DNA of 64,000 nucleotides from Nitrospinaceae bacterium (GCA_965237905.1 OZ250172.1:1952001-2016000); one strand, 5' to 3'. Shown: positions 40,323 to 50,977, numbered from the stretch's first letter. Translations and numbers: made by a program. The notes: generated by a model not told the origin, from the letters alone.

Positions 40323-41164
40323 TCAACGTATTCCCAGTGAACGAGCAATACCGCGGAGTTTCGCTCGCATTGCTGTAGACAGGAAAGGCCGCAAAGCGGA
40401 CTTCAGTCTTTTACCAACCCCCCTGCGCACATCAACCGGCAGAGTCATAAGGTCAACGCTCTGCCCGGGGCGCTCCCTGGGCCCGGCCTTGATCACCACC
40501 TGATACACCAGTTGATATTGATTGGTTAAAAGCGCCTCACGTATCCTGGATGGAAGCTTCCGCCAGCGATTTGCAAACTCGGTATCCTGCGGTGGAACGA
40601 CCATAAACTGAGCCTCCTCGATTTTCAGCCCCGCGCCTTCAACAAGCGCCTGCATATTCTTAAGCCCGAAAAAGTGGGTATGGGTCCGGTCAAGAAGTCC
40701 CCAGTCACGATAGTCAAAGTCCTCATCCAGCAAGCAAGCGACAACTGCGCTGTGGGCAATATGCGGCAATGAAATAATAATATGTCCACATCATCCGTGA
40801 TCAGGTTTTTCATCGCCTCAAGGGTTGCCCATGGATCATAAAGATGTTCGAGTACATCCGCGGCGAGGACAATTTCAAATTTACCTTCATCAGAGAGCAA
40901 TTCCGGCCAGACGGGGTCGTTCAAATCGACTGAATAGACCTTTTCACAAAACGGCGATAATTTTTTGATGGCCTCTTCGTCAACCTCAAGTGCGGTGACT
41001 GTGCAGTTGCCCGTTTCCTTCAAATGCCGGGTAATAGATCCCGGCCCCGCGCCGATTTCCAGCACACGCTTGCCTTGTCCGATCATGCGCACCACTCTTG
41101 CCGGAGCGGTATCTCCATTCAAATCAACTTCGTATTCGTAATTATGGCGATTTTCTTCTTCCAC
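40323..41164 (-). pseudogene. Frameshifted SAM-dependent methyltransferase
   Basis: N-half (EIGAGPG, ADVLEHL.DP) and C-half (G.II.SLPHIAH, GLLDRTH..FF) are in different frames; break near 40789. Confidence 0.8.
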
Positions 41165-41222
41165 GCTTTACTTTCATTCCAGATAGATACATTTTTAATG
41201 ATAGCTCCTGAGTGGGCAAAGC

Positions 41223-41530
41223 TCACGGGATAGTTTTTCTCCAGTAAACGCCGACACCATCTATTTCTATAAGCTTCGGAGAAAACCCTCTCATGGAACA
41301 AAAATCGTGCACAGCTTTCTTACATCCCTCCACAACATGGTAATCGTCGACGATCACGTAACCACCCACGGAAAGCTTGTCATACAAAGCTTCCAATGGC
41401 TGGATTGTGGATTCATACAGATCTCCATCCAGCCGGAGTAAGGCCAGTTTCTTAATTGGCGCAGAAGGCAAAGTGTCTTTGAACCATCCTTTGATTTTTG
41501 GATACAAGCCGTTCTCTAATTAATTCCATT
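41223..41530 (-). pseudogene. TylF/MycF/NovP-type O-methyltransferase, C-terminal fragment
   Basis: KGWFKDTLP, LLRLDGDLYEST and GGYVIVDDY present; N-terminal two-thirds missing. Confidence 0.8.
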
Positions 41531-41548
41531 GCCTGCACCTCACGATCG

Positions 41549-42565
41549 TTATCTTTTATGGAAATTTCTCTTTATCAAACTGGAAATATATCTTAAGGGT
41601 CTCGTTATTTTCCATGACTGACTTTTTTGAATTTGAAGAAGCTCCTGGTTGAGGCTGGCGATCTGTTGTTGGTAGGGAGCTCCGATTTTTTGCTCCTGAC
41701 GCGTCAAGTAGTGTAAGGCAGGGGCAAGGCGTGACAGCTCTTTTGAAAGATCGTCAAACACATCTTCGACTTGGGGCGAATCCAGCGCGATCTTGTCATT
41801 AGCCAATTGCTCCAGAAGCTCATAAGCGGATATAACCGGTGCTGGCACAGATGCGTCAAGGCGCAAATCCCGAGTTTCGTATCGTGTGTGACGTAGTCCT
41901 TCCTCCAGAAACTCATTCTTATAAGCAGCAAGAGCGGAAGGATCCGGCTCGGACAACCCAAGCGCATTGGCAACACACGCTAATTCCAACCCAGGATCGT
42001 CAAGCAGGCGGTCGTAATCAACCACCACGCGCTTGAAGTCTTTTGTGCCAACAATCGCCGGCACGACATGTTCCAACCACAAGTAGAAACTTTTCTCTGG
42101 CTCAAAACCATCCCGGTTTCGCAGGGATTGAGCAACACTGAGGGGGTTACGTAGGGCGATGACGTAACTAACATTATAGTCACCCTGCTCAAAAACACGT
42201 TGCCAAAATAATAATAACCGAGACATTCGGGGATCTTTAATGCCGAAAATGGAAATCTGTTTCGTTTTCTCTCGCAATAACTCAAGCGCACGTCCAAAAA
42301 AGCCCGTGTTGAGTATATTTAAAAGTTTTTCAGTGGTAACAGGCGCAAGGGAATGCCAGTCAGCGCCAACGGACTGCAATAGTTCAGCGTTGAACGCATT
42401 TATCTCTGCGTCTTCCCAAAAACCTTTTATATTGTCCGGATTTGCGGATAATAGCGAGCTCCCAAGCTCCACGCCTAACAACTGCAAACTGCGGGCGATA
42501 GCACTGGTACCACTGCGGTGCATACCAAGTACGACGATGATGCGTTTTCCGTTCTCTTTATTCAA
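41549..42565 (-). CDS. Sulfotransferase-like P-loop protein with coiled-coil tail
   Basis: VLGMHRSGTS, GFWE, KDPR, RNPLSVAQSL..R and SQSWKITRPLR. Confidence 0.8.
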   Translation of the reverse strand: MNKENGKRIIVVLGMHRSGTSAIARSLQLLGVELGSSLLSANPDNIKGFWEDAEINAFNAELLQSVGADWHSLAPVTTEKLLNILNTGFFGRALELLREKTKQISIFGIKDPRMSRLLLFWQRVFEQGDYNVSYVIALRNPLSVAQSLRNRDGFEPEKSFYLWLEHVVPAIVGTKDFKRVVVDYDRLLDDPGLELACVANALGLSEPDPSALAAYKNEFLEEGLRHTRYETRDLRLDASVPAPVISAYELLEQLANDKIALDSPQVEDVFDDLSKELSRLAPALHYLTRQEQKIGAPYQQQIASLNQELLQIQKSQSWKITRPLRYISSLIKRNFHKR

Positions 42566-42879
42566 GTTATTGTAATCTCTTGCGAAGGATTATTCAAAAG
42601 CGCAACCTCTGCCACACACTTGAAGCCTACTATCCCGGTAGAGGCACCGACGGAGAGGATGGAGCATTGATTGTCATCGATATATAAAAGGCCGCCGAAA
42701 ACACCGGGGCAACTCACTAAAAGCTTTTCTTCAGCATTGATTTGATATTTTAGATCGTTGTTTTTGGCCATCATGAAATTCTGCGCGATCAGGTACATTG
42801 GTACAAGAATTGATCTAATACGGTCAGGTCTCTAAGCAATTTTCCCCCACTCTTTCTTCTACCGAATGGCCACACCAGC

Positions 42880-43596
42880 CTATCCCTTTTTTTCGGCCCC
42901 GGCCTGTTCGTAGCAAGCCAGTACTTCCTCGGTCGAACCAATCATTTTCGTCTCCGAACCTTCAAGCCAGACCACACGGTCGCAAAGGTCGCGTAACGTG
43001 TCCATGTGATGCGAAACAATAAGTACGGTCTTATCGGAAAGAATACGCTCCTTCACTATCTCCGTTGACTTTTGCCTAAAGGTTGCGTCTCCGATCCCGA
43101 GAACCTCATCAATCAGCAGAATGTCAGGGTTGGTTTGTATAGACACCGCAAATCGTAATCTGGCCCTCATCCCGGCAGAATAGGTTCGCGCCGGCTGATC
43201 AAAAAATTCTCCCAACTCGGTGAACTCCTGAATATAAGAAAGCTTAGCTTCTATCGCCTTTTGACTCACTCCCTGCAGCATGGCGTTCATAACCGCATTG
43301 TGCCGACCGGATAATTTGTGGTGTAACCCAACAAATAGACCCAGCAGGGAAACGCTGTTCCCGAATGACTCTACCGAGCCGCAATCCGGATTTATAATCC
43401 CAGCCATCACTTGCAATAGAGAGGTTTTGCCTACACCATTGCGGCCCACAACGCCGAGCGTCTCCCCTTTTCTGACTTCAAAAGAAATATTCCTAAGAGC
43501 CCAATAATTGCTGGAACTAAAAAATCCCGTTTTCAGCCGGTACCGCACACCGACATTACAGATGCGCATCGCTATATGTTGATCCATATCGCTCAC
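42880..43596 (-). CDS. wzt: Polysaccharide ABC exporter ATPase (Wzt/KpsT)
   Basis: GRNGVGKT, YSAGMRARL, IDEVL..GD and VSH. Confidence 0.92.
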   Translation of the reverse strand: MSDMDQHIAMRICNVGVRYRLKTGFFSSSNYWALRNISFEVRKGETLGVVGRNGVGKTSLLQVMAGIINPDCGSVESFGNSVSLLGLFVGLHHKLSGRHNAVMNAMLQGVSQKAIEAKLSYIQEFTELGEFFDQPARTYSAGMRARLRFAVSIQTNPDILLIDEVLGIGDATFRQKSTEIVKERILSDKTVLIVSHHMDTLRDLCDRVVWLEGSETKMIGSTEEVLACYEQAGAEKKG

Positions 43597-44357
43597 TGTG
43601 ACGCCACCCTGGGGTATTCACGATCCCATTTTCTGATTAAAAAGAATACAATGGCCAGGAGTGCTACTGAGAATATCAGAACATTCCCTAAAGCAGACCA
43701 ATCCGGGTTTACCTGATGAAGAAAAATGGATCGATGGGCTTCAACCAGAGTTGCCATTGGATTTAAGTATAAAATTTTCTGGAAAACCTCGGGTCCAGAG
43801 CTGATATCAAAAAAAATCCCGGAGAGAATAAATACCAGTGTCAATCCGTTGTTTATCACTAATTTCAATTCTGGGACGAATGGTATAAAAACTGCGAAAA
43901 TACCAGCAACCCCGGCAGTTAATACAAATTGAACGAATATAACCGGAACCAGCCCCCACCAAACCCCACCAGGGTCTATCCCATAAATCATCAGGAAGAG
44001 GAGTAGTAATCCGAATGCAATTAAGAACTGATAAAAGCTTGATAGCAAAACTGCTGCAATGAAAACATGTTTTGGAACATAAATCTGTTGTATGATATGC
44101 GAACTTAAAATAATAGAGCTCCCACCCCTATGAACTGAACTGGCAAACCATTTCCATATAACCAATCCTGGAAGAAGAAAAGGAACAGCATCTGCGCCGC
44201 CGCGGAACCCGAGCACCTCAAAAACAAGATAAAAGGCTCCCATATAAACTGCCGGTTCCAGAATCCACAAAGATATTCCCAGGAAGCCCTCAGACACTTC
44301 TGCCCGGATTTCAGCGTAGGCGCGGTACAAGATTGTGTTTAGATGGTGGAGTGTCAT
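43593..44357 (-). CDS. wzm: Polysaccharide ABC exporter permease (Wzm/KpsM)
   Basis: LG.LW.ILEP, six TMs and LNP; overlaps wzt. Confidence 0.9.
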   Translation of the reverse strand: MTLHHLNTILYRAYAEIRAEVSEGFLGISLWILEPAVYMGAFYLVFEVLGFRGGADAVPFLLPGLVIWKWFASSVHRGGSSIILSSHIIQQIYVPKHVFIAAVLLSSFYQFLIAFGLLLLFLMIYGIDPGGVWWGLVPVIFVQFVLTAGVAGIFAVFIPFVPELKLVINNGLTLVFILSGIFFDISSGPEVFQKILYLNPMATLVEAHRSIFLHQVNPDWSALGNVLIFSVALLAIVFFLIRKWDREYPRVASQ

Positions 44358-44482
44358 AATTGTTTTAACTGATGGAGGAGCGCTTTAGGTGCAAAGAAAA
44401 AGTTTTGGCGGAAAAATATTTTTAATTGATTCAAAAAAACCAATTTTAGCATTTTATCAGATTTTTGAAGCGGATCAAGCAA

Positions 44483-46411
44483 TCAGGTGGGGATTGAGGG
44501 TTTTTTGAGGCTCCAGGCATTGGAATTCATGGCATCGGCATCCTGCTCCTCCCCCGTGCCGAGTGACCAGAGAGCTTTAATCGTATCGTCATGGTTGCTA
44601 TTTTTCGCGATGCGGTATAGGGCGTCCAGTTTTGTTTCAAAATCGGAGATCTCGGGGGCTTGGGTGTTCAGGATTTTAATCTTTGTGTGGAACGTTGGTA
44701 CGGCGGTTTCATCGAGATTGATGAGCTCCTCCTGTAGCTTTTCCCCGGGCCGGATCCCGGTAAATTTGATTTCAATGTCCTGATCCGGAACATACCCGGC
44801 GATCTGGATCATCTTTCGGGCGAGGTCGACGATTTTGACCGGCTTGCCCATTTCCAGCAGGAATACCTTGCCTCTATCTCCAATCGCCGCGGCCTGCAAA
44901 ATCAGCTGGGCGGCTTCTGGAATGAGCATGAAATAGCGCTCCATCTCAGGATGGGTGACGGTGACTGCCCGCCCTTCGCTGATCTGCTTTTTGAACAGGG
45001 GGACGACACTGCCGTTGCTTCCCAGCACATTTCCGAAACGAACGATCATAAACCGGGTTTTACTGTTTCGTCCAATATGCTGAATAAATTTTTCCGCCAC
45101 CCGCTTGGTCATGCCCATCACACTGGAAGGCCGAACCACCTTGTCGGTTGAGACCAGGACAAATTTTTCCACAGCATACTTTTCGGAAGTTTCGGCTACG
45201 ATACGGGTGCCGATGACGTTGTTGATCACCGCTTCGTCCGGATTGTCCTCCATCAAGGGCACGTGTTTGTGCGCCGCCGCGTGAAACACCAATTGAGGTT
45301 GATGGTCCGAGAAAATAGTCTGGATTTTTTCTTTATTGGTAATTGAGCTGAAAACGAAATGCAGGCGCGTGTCCTGATGGCCGATGGGGAGCCCTGATCT
45401 CAATTCGTAAAGATAATTTTCACACCGGTCCACCATTATCAGGATGCTGGGGTCGTACTCCAGAATCTGACGGCACAATTCGGACCCGATCGATCCCCCC
45501 GCGCCGGTCACCAGTACCCGCTTGCCCTGTATCAAACTCCGGAGGGAAGCCAAATCCAGTGACACCTGATCCCTGCTCAGCAAATCCTGAATATCAATAT
45601 TTTTGATTTTCGAAATATGAACTTCCTTGGTGCCCAAGTCGGTGATGGAGGTGGCAATTTTATATTTGACTCTGCATCGGGTACAGATATCGATAACTTC
45701 TCCCAGGCTTTCGGTGGAGAGGGTATTGATCGCGATCAGCAGTTCCTTAATGCCCAGTTCTTCGGCCAGATCGGGGATTTCCTGCCGGTTGCCCAATACT
45801 TTAATCCCCATTAAGGAGTTATGGGATTTTTTCGGATCGTCATCGAGGAACCCGAGCACTTTATATTGTGGTGAAAACCTCTGGATATATCTGAGCAGAT
45901 GGGCTCCCGTATCACCCGCGCCCAGAATCAGAACCGGCATACGGTGGCCCTCATCCATATTGTTTTGTTGAATAAATCGTTCCCGGAATATTCTCCATCC
46001 CAACCGCGATCCACCCAGCATCATGATGAGCAGGATCATATCGATGATGATGACCGACCGTGGGATTAAAAGTGAACGGTTGTATAAGAAGGAGGTAAAA
46101 AGAACCAGGAGTGTGCCCGTGACCACTGCCTTGAGAATCTGAATCAGGTCTTCCATGCTGGAATATTTCCAGAAACGGGTGTAGAACCCGAAATAGAAAT
46201 AGGCGGCGGCACGGGAGATCAGCACTAAGGGAATCAGGCTGAAATAAATTACCAGGATTTCCGATGGAATGGTGCCTTCGTATCTCAACCAGTAGGCAAG
46301 ATATAAAGAGAGACACCCTAGAGCGATGTCAAATGCAAAAAGAGCGATGCGCCCCGGCCTAAACTGAAACCCACTCAATGAAAATTTCAAAAACAGTTCC
46401 CCTTTATTCAA
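44483..46411 (-). CDS. Nucleoside-diphosphate sugar 4,6-dehydratase (CapD/WbpM/PglF)
   Basis: N-terminal TMs; TGAGGSIGSE, HAAAHKHVP, STDK, RFGNVLGS.GSV and RPGEKL. Confidence 0.93.
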   Translation of the reverse strand: MNKGELFLKFSLSGFQFRPGRIALFAFDIALGCLSLYLAYWLRYEGTIPSEILVIYFSLIPLVLISRAAAYFYFGFYTRFWKYSSMEDLIQILKAVVTGTLLVLFTSFLYNRSLLIPRSVIIIDMILLIMMLGGSRLGWRIFRERFIQQNNMDEGHRMPVLILGAGDTGAHLLRYIQRFSPQYKVLGFLDDDPKKSHNSLMGIKVLGNRQEIPDLAEELGIKELLIAINTLSTESLGEVIDICTRCRVKYKIATSITDLGTKEVHISKIKNIDIQDLLSRDQVSLDLASLRSLIQGKRVLVTGAGGSIGSELCRQILEYDPSILIMVDRCENYLYELRSGLPIGHQDTRLHFVFSSITNKEKIQTIFSDHQPQLVFHAAAHKHVPLMEDNPDEAVINNVIGTRIVAETSEKYAVEKFVLVSTDKVVRPSSVMGMTKRVAEKFIQHIGRNSKTRFMIVRFGNVLGSNGSVVPLFKKQISEGRAVTVTHPEMERYFMLIPEAAQLILQAAAIGDRGKVFLLEMGKPVKIVDLARKMIQIAGYVPDQDIEIKFTGIRPGEKLQEELINLDETAVPTFHTKIKILNTQAPEISDFETKLDALYRIAKNSNHDDTIKALWSLGTGEEQDADAMNSNAWSLKKPSIPT

Positions 46412-46646
46412 CGGTCAATAGACACCCCTTGAATACGGCGGCCCAAGGATTCCGGGCGTACCCGAATGTAACCTGGAACAGGGTATGCGTTAAGCATCGA
46501 AACTAAAAACCATTATAACAACAAATACTTGATAGCCCAAGTCCTATGGGGCCCTGGCTTGATTTCCCTCTGCCCGAACGCTCAGGGTCGGGCGGAAAGG
46601 GCTTTCTTTTGTGTCAGATACTCGATCAGATATCTGGGTAGTTTTT

Positions 46647-47720
46647 TCAGCGGATGATGACCCCGTGTTCCAACAAATATTCGTACAGCGTCTCTGCGGT
46701 GATCTTTTGTCCGGCGGAACCCCAATGGGTGTCGTTAGGCAAATAAACGTCCTGTACCTTATTGTTGATAGCAGATTCAATCGCAGCCTTCAAAGGTGGA
46801 ATGTTTAAAGCGTTCGCGGATTTGATCAGATCGTACCAGCTGTTATTTTTATATTTATCAGATTCCAGAAAGCTTGAATAGGCCGTTAATTTGTCGGGAG
46901 CCAGCAAGGTTACGAGTAAGGTTTTCCGGTTTTTTTGGATGGTATTCTGTAAGGCCGTAAACTTGCAAACCGCCTTTTTCACCTCCTCCTCTTTTGTATT
47001 CAGCTTTAACACGTCATCTCGATAAACCAGAAGGTAATCGCTCATTCGGTTGGAAAAAAAAGTATTTTGTTTCAGGGAAAATTTGAAAGCGCGTGTGGAC
47101 TTTTTGTTGATCATGATTTTAATATTGTGTTTTAAATAATGGACTCCGGTGCTGATATTGGGGTGAAGGAGGCCGAAAGGAGCCTCCCGTTCGTATGTGT
47201 TAATCGAGTGGTGCAAAGGTTTAATAGTAAGAGGGTTGCGGGAAAAATCAGGGTTGGGCAGTCGCCGGCAGTCTTCCTTCAGGCCGATTCGTTTTCCCCA
47301 GGCGGTAAAGGTGCGTTCCGAAGTTTCCAGGATGATGATTTTCGGAGGGGTCTTCCTGAGAGCCGGGCTTTTAAAAAACTCATCAAGGTCAACCCAGTCT
47401 AAATGATAGCTGACGATTGTCAGGCCGGTGAGTTGCACTAGATAATTCTGCCACTGGGAAAGCGGAAAATGGTGCGAGAACGAATCGCCTAGAACAATGA
47501 TGTCATAATACCGCTTATATGCAGAGCCGGATTCATAGTCATACAGTGTGGTTTCGAATATCTCTTGGGGAGCATTCCAGCCGAAGTCGTTTTCGGTATA
47601 GCCGTCCAGCCGGGTCAAGTCTCCGCTCAGAGGCTGCATGCCCACTCCCAAAGCAACAAAGACGATAAATAGAATCGACAATGGGACAACAATAATCAGG
47701 TTGTAATCTCGATAATTCAT
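46647..47720 (-). CDS. AlgJ/AlgX-like SGNH O-acetyltransferase partner
   Basis: GDLTRL, LGDSFS, PDK and DTHW; directly downstream of an MBOAT gene. Confidence 0.75.
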   Translation of the reverse strand: MNYRDYNLIIVVPLSILFIVFVALGVGMQPLSGDLTRLDGYTENDFGWNAPQEIFETTLYDYESGSAYKRYYDIIVLGDSFSHHFPLSQWQNYLVQLTGLTIVSYHLDWVDLDEFFKSPALRKTPPKIIILETSERTFTAWGKRIGLKEDCRRLPNPDFSRNPLTIKPLHHSINTYEREAPFGLLHPNISTGVHYLKHNIKIMINKKSTRAFKFSLKQNTFFSNRMSDYLLVYRDDVLKLNTKEEEVKKAVCKFTALQNTIQKNRKTLLVTLLAPDKLTAYSSFLESDKYKNNSWYDLIKSANALNIPPLKAAIESAINNKVQDVYLPNDTHWGSAGQKITAETLYEYLLEHGVIIR

Positions 47721-47723
47721 AGG

Positions 47724-49277
47724 TTAAAACTGAAAGTATAAGAATTCACTGATACCGGTCATGTTGAACAGGCACACAATGGCAATGATCAAAACCGCCA
47801 GGGACCAGCCTCGGTTGGGTTTCCATTGAATGAAATGAGTTTCTTTGGGATCTTCAATAAAATTGATGGCCGGTCCAAACTTCCGCATGATCTGCTGGGT
47901 GTTGGGTAATAGCCAGCACGCCAGTAACAGAGGAAGAGTCCAATACAGAAGAGCACGGTTGATGTGGATCGCCAGAATCCCGGTTTCCACCCCCCAGTCT
48001 TTCAGCAAGGGACCGATGCGGTGCATTTTGGCCATCCATGCCTCATTGATGGGGAAACCGTTGTACCCCACCATTCCCTCATACATTCTCATGGCCGCAT
48101 CCAGATTATCCGCACGAAAGATTACCCAGGCGATCACCACGACGATAAAAGTCAACATGCGGGAGGCGTGCCGATAAAGCCATCCCTGAAAACTCCAGCT
48201 CAAGGCACTGCGGATGGCCTGCCAGGCATGGTTGATAAAAAGATAAGCACCATGCAGTCCACCCCAGATCACAAACGTCCACCCCGCGCCGTGCCATAGC
48301 CCGCCCAACAGCATGGTAATTATCAAGTTAACGTATTGACGTGCAGGACCCTTCTGGTTGCCCCCCAGCGGGATGTATAAGTAATCCAACATGAATCGGG
48401 AGAGCGTCATGTGCCAGCGCCGCCAGAAGTCAATGATGTTCGTAGCTTTATACGGCGAATTAAAGTTGAGCGGCAGGCGTACCCCGAACATCCGGCCCAG
48501 GCCGATGGCCATGTCGGAGTACCCCGAGAAATCGAAATACAACTGGAAGGTGTAAGCCAGCGCCGCCGCCCAACCTTCAAAAAAAGTGATGTCCGCCCCT
48601 GTTGCGGCGGCATTGAACACGGGCGTTGAAAATTGCGCGACGGTATCGGCAATCATGACTTTCTTGAACAGGCCGATAAAGAAAATGGTAATGCCTATCG
48701 AAAAGTCCTCATGCTTGAATTTGTAGAGAGAATCCCTGGCGAATTGGTGCAGCATCTCCTTGTGGTGGACGATGGGGCCTGCGATCAGTTGAGGGAAAAA
48801 AGTGACGAACAGGCAATATTGAAGAAAATTATGCTCGCGGGTTTCACCCAGGTAAACGTCCACTAGGTAAGCAATTTGCTGGAACGTAAAAAATGAAATC
48901 GCCAGCGGCAGGATGATGGGGGCGAGATGAAATTCCGTGTCGAACCCCTGGTTCACGGCGATTACAAAAAAATTGGCGTACTTGAAATATCCTATGGCCG
49001 CCAGGTTGCCCGCGATGCCCGCCACTAGCAATCCTTTTTTCCCCAATGTAGAGTCGGAAGAACCCATGGCGAGGCCGACGCCAACGCTGTAATTGAACAG
49101 GACCGATCCGATCAAAAGACCCAGATAAGCCGGGTTCCACCACCCATAAAAGAAAAGGGAAGCGGCCACCAGCCAGGAAATGGCGATACGATGATGGCCC
49201 CAGGCGCCTATCCTGAAAAAAACGAATAAAGCGATGGGAACGAAAAATATAATGAAAGGATACGAATTAAACAGCAT
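47724..49277 (-). CDS. MBOAT O-acyltransferase (AlgI/PatA-like), second copy
   Basis: Same MBOAT signatures as 36662-38158. Confidence 0.95.
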   Translation of the reverse strand: MLFNSYPFIIFFVPIALFVFFRIGAWGHHRIAISWLVAASLFFYGWWNPAYLGLLIGSVLFNYSVGVGLAMGSSDSTLGKKGLLVAGIAGNLAAIGYFKYANFFVIAVNQGFDTEFHLAPIILPLAISFFTFQQIAYLVDVYLGETREHNFLQYCLFVTFFPQLIAGPIVHHKEMLHQFARDSLYKFKHEDFSIGITIFFIGLFKKVMIADTVAQFSTPVFNAAATGADITFFEGWAAALAYTFQLYFDFSGYSDMAIGLGRMFGVRLPLNFNSPYKATNIIDFWRRWHMTLSRFMLDYLYIPLGGNQKGPARQYVNLIITMLLGGLWHGAGWTFVIWGGLHGAYLFINHAWQAIRSALSWSFQGWLYRHASRMLTFIVVVIAWVIFRADNLDAAMRMYEGMVGYNGFPINEAWMAKMHRIGPLLKDWGVETGILAIHINRALLYWTLPLLLACWLLPNTQQIMRKFGPAINFIEDPKETHFIQWKPNRGWSLAVLIIAIVCLFNMTGISEFLYFQF

Positions 49278-49378
49278 TAGTTTAATTCAAATGTAACTGC
49301 AATGAGGATGCGTGGATTTTTTATCATGAAGGTCGTGATCAAAAAAGAGAGTATGACATGGGGAGCTGGCCGGTTTTT

Positions 49379-49981
49379 TTAAACTTTAAAAACCCTGGCT
49401 TGATCAAGGTATTGGATAATTTGCCCGGTACAATCCTCCACCGAATGTTCGGAGGTTTTGATATGAATTTCCGGCGACACAGGTGGCTCATAAGGAGAGG
49501 ATATGCCGGTGAAATCGTTGATCTCTCCCTTACGCGCTTTTTTGTAAAGTCCTTTGGTATCCCGTTCTTCGCAAACCGCCAGAGGGCAGTCGACAAAGAC
49601 CTCAATGAATCGGCCATCGTCCATGGATTGCCGCACCCAATCCCGATCTTCCCGGAACGGTGAAATGAAAGCTACGATCACCACGAATGCCTGATTGGCG
49701 AGCAATTTTGCCACTTCGCCGATTCTACGGATATTCTCTTTCCGGTCTTCTGCAGAAAACCCGAGATCCTGATTCAGTCCACTGCGGACCACATCCCCAT
49801 CCAAAATAGTAACCAACGCTTTCTGCTCGAAAAGAGCGTTCTCCAAAGCGATGGACACAGTGGTTTTCCCAGCACCGGATAAACCGGTAAGCCATACAAT
49901 AGTGCCTTTTTGTTGAAACCGTGCTTCCCGTTGATCGCAGTTTACTTTTTGAGGGGCTGATTGAGTTTGTGAAATTTTCAT
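49379..49981 (-). CDS. cysC: Adenylyl-sulfate kinase
   Basis: TGLSGAGKTT, LDGD.VR.GL, ENIRR, RDTKGLY and FTGISSPYE. Confidence 0.96.
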   Translation of the reverse strand: MKISQTQSAPQKVNCDQREARFQQKGTIVWLTGLSGAGKTTVSIALENALFEQKALVTILDGDVVRSGLNQDLGFSAEDRKENIRRIGEVAKLLANQAFVVIVAFISPFREDRDWVRQSMDDGRFIEVFVDCPLAVCEERDTKGLYKKARKGEINDFTGISSPYEPPVSPEIHIKTSEHSVEDCTGQIIQYLDQARVFKV

Positions 49982-50224
49982 GAAGGTCCTTGATTAAAAA
50001 TCAGTAAGTTTCATTTAGATTCCGGTTGTGGGTATGTTTCTGGAGGCGACCGGAAAGCATACTATTTAATTGTAGAAGGAAAAATTTCCTTAGACAAGAG
50101 ATATATAAATATCTGAATTAAAAGAGGGGAGACTTTTCTTGCTTCTGAGAAAATGTTTGGCTTGCGGCATCGATTTCCGCTCTGAAGAGTTGTCCAGTGA
50201 GACGGACCGGTTGGAGGTCTCCGG

Positions 50225-50977
50225 TTAATAAATATCCGATGACCAGTCCAGGCTCTCCAGGTGTTCCCGCAAATGGGAGATGGTCCGAAAACGGTCCAGA
50301 ATCAGCGACCGCTTGAGTCCACAGCAAATTTCCTTCACTGTGCCGGGCATGTTGGAATATCTTTTGGCTCCCCCCAGGCAATCGTAAAATATCCGGATCA
50401 ATTCGCAAATATCCTGTTGCCGTGTTTCCTTTTTCGCGATGGGGCCGTTGAACAGGTCCAACAGCTTGATCTCGAATGCCAGCCCGAACCGGTTGACGAT
50501 AATATTGTCGGTATGCAGATCGCCATGGGTCTCGTTCAGCAGATGGATTTCTTCAATCCCGCAAGCCAATGCATACAACAGGTGGAGCGCCTGATACGGG
50601 TGAAGCCTTTGTCCCGGAAATTTCTTCAAAAATTCCGATAACAAATCCCCTTCCACATAATCCGAGATCAAAACGGTGATCGGGATTTTCCGGACCAGCA
50701 GGATTTCTTCGGTGTGATACTGGATTAGGATAGGAACCTGGCGGAGCTTATGCAGTTTCTGGGCATAGATTTTGGCAGTTTTGTTGCCGAGGTTTCTCTG
50801 CGGAAAAAACAGTTTGGCCGCCCGTTCGATGCCCGTGCGAATTTCGCGGATCTTGTAGACCTCGCCCTCCCAGCCCGCACCCAGCAGGGAGAGGATCTCA
50901 TACTTCCCGGCTATTTTACGTCCCGATATGAGGTCGAACGAATTGATCACCGCTTTCAAAGCGCCCTTTTTTCCCAA
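50225..50977 (-). CDS. Protein kinase-like protein
   Basis: LGAGWEGEVY, AAK, HGDLH..NI and LLDL. Confidence 0.82.
   Translation of the reverse strand: MGKKGALKAVINSFDLISGRKIAGKYEILSLLGAGWEGEVYKIREIRTGIERAAKLFFPQRNLGNKTAKIYAQKLHKLRQVPILIQYHTEEILLVRKIPITVLISDYVEGDLLSEFLKKFPGQRLHPYQALHLLYALACGIEEIHLLNETHGDLHTDNIIVNRFGLAFEIKLLDLFNGPIAKKETRQQDICELIRIFYDCLGGAKRYSNMPGTVKEICCGLKRSLILDRFRTISHLREHLESLDWSSDIY

Noticed and set aside
42562..42798. 78-aa ORF as a detached Wzt C-terminal domain
   Set aside because: The position is suggestive but there is no convincing motif, so it was left uncalled.
46545..46605. JUMPStart/ops-like element upstream of capD
   Set aside because: AAGCCAGGGC is present but the GGCGGTAG core is missing; the adjacent hairpin may simply end the upstream transcript.
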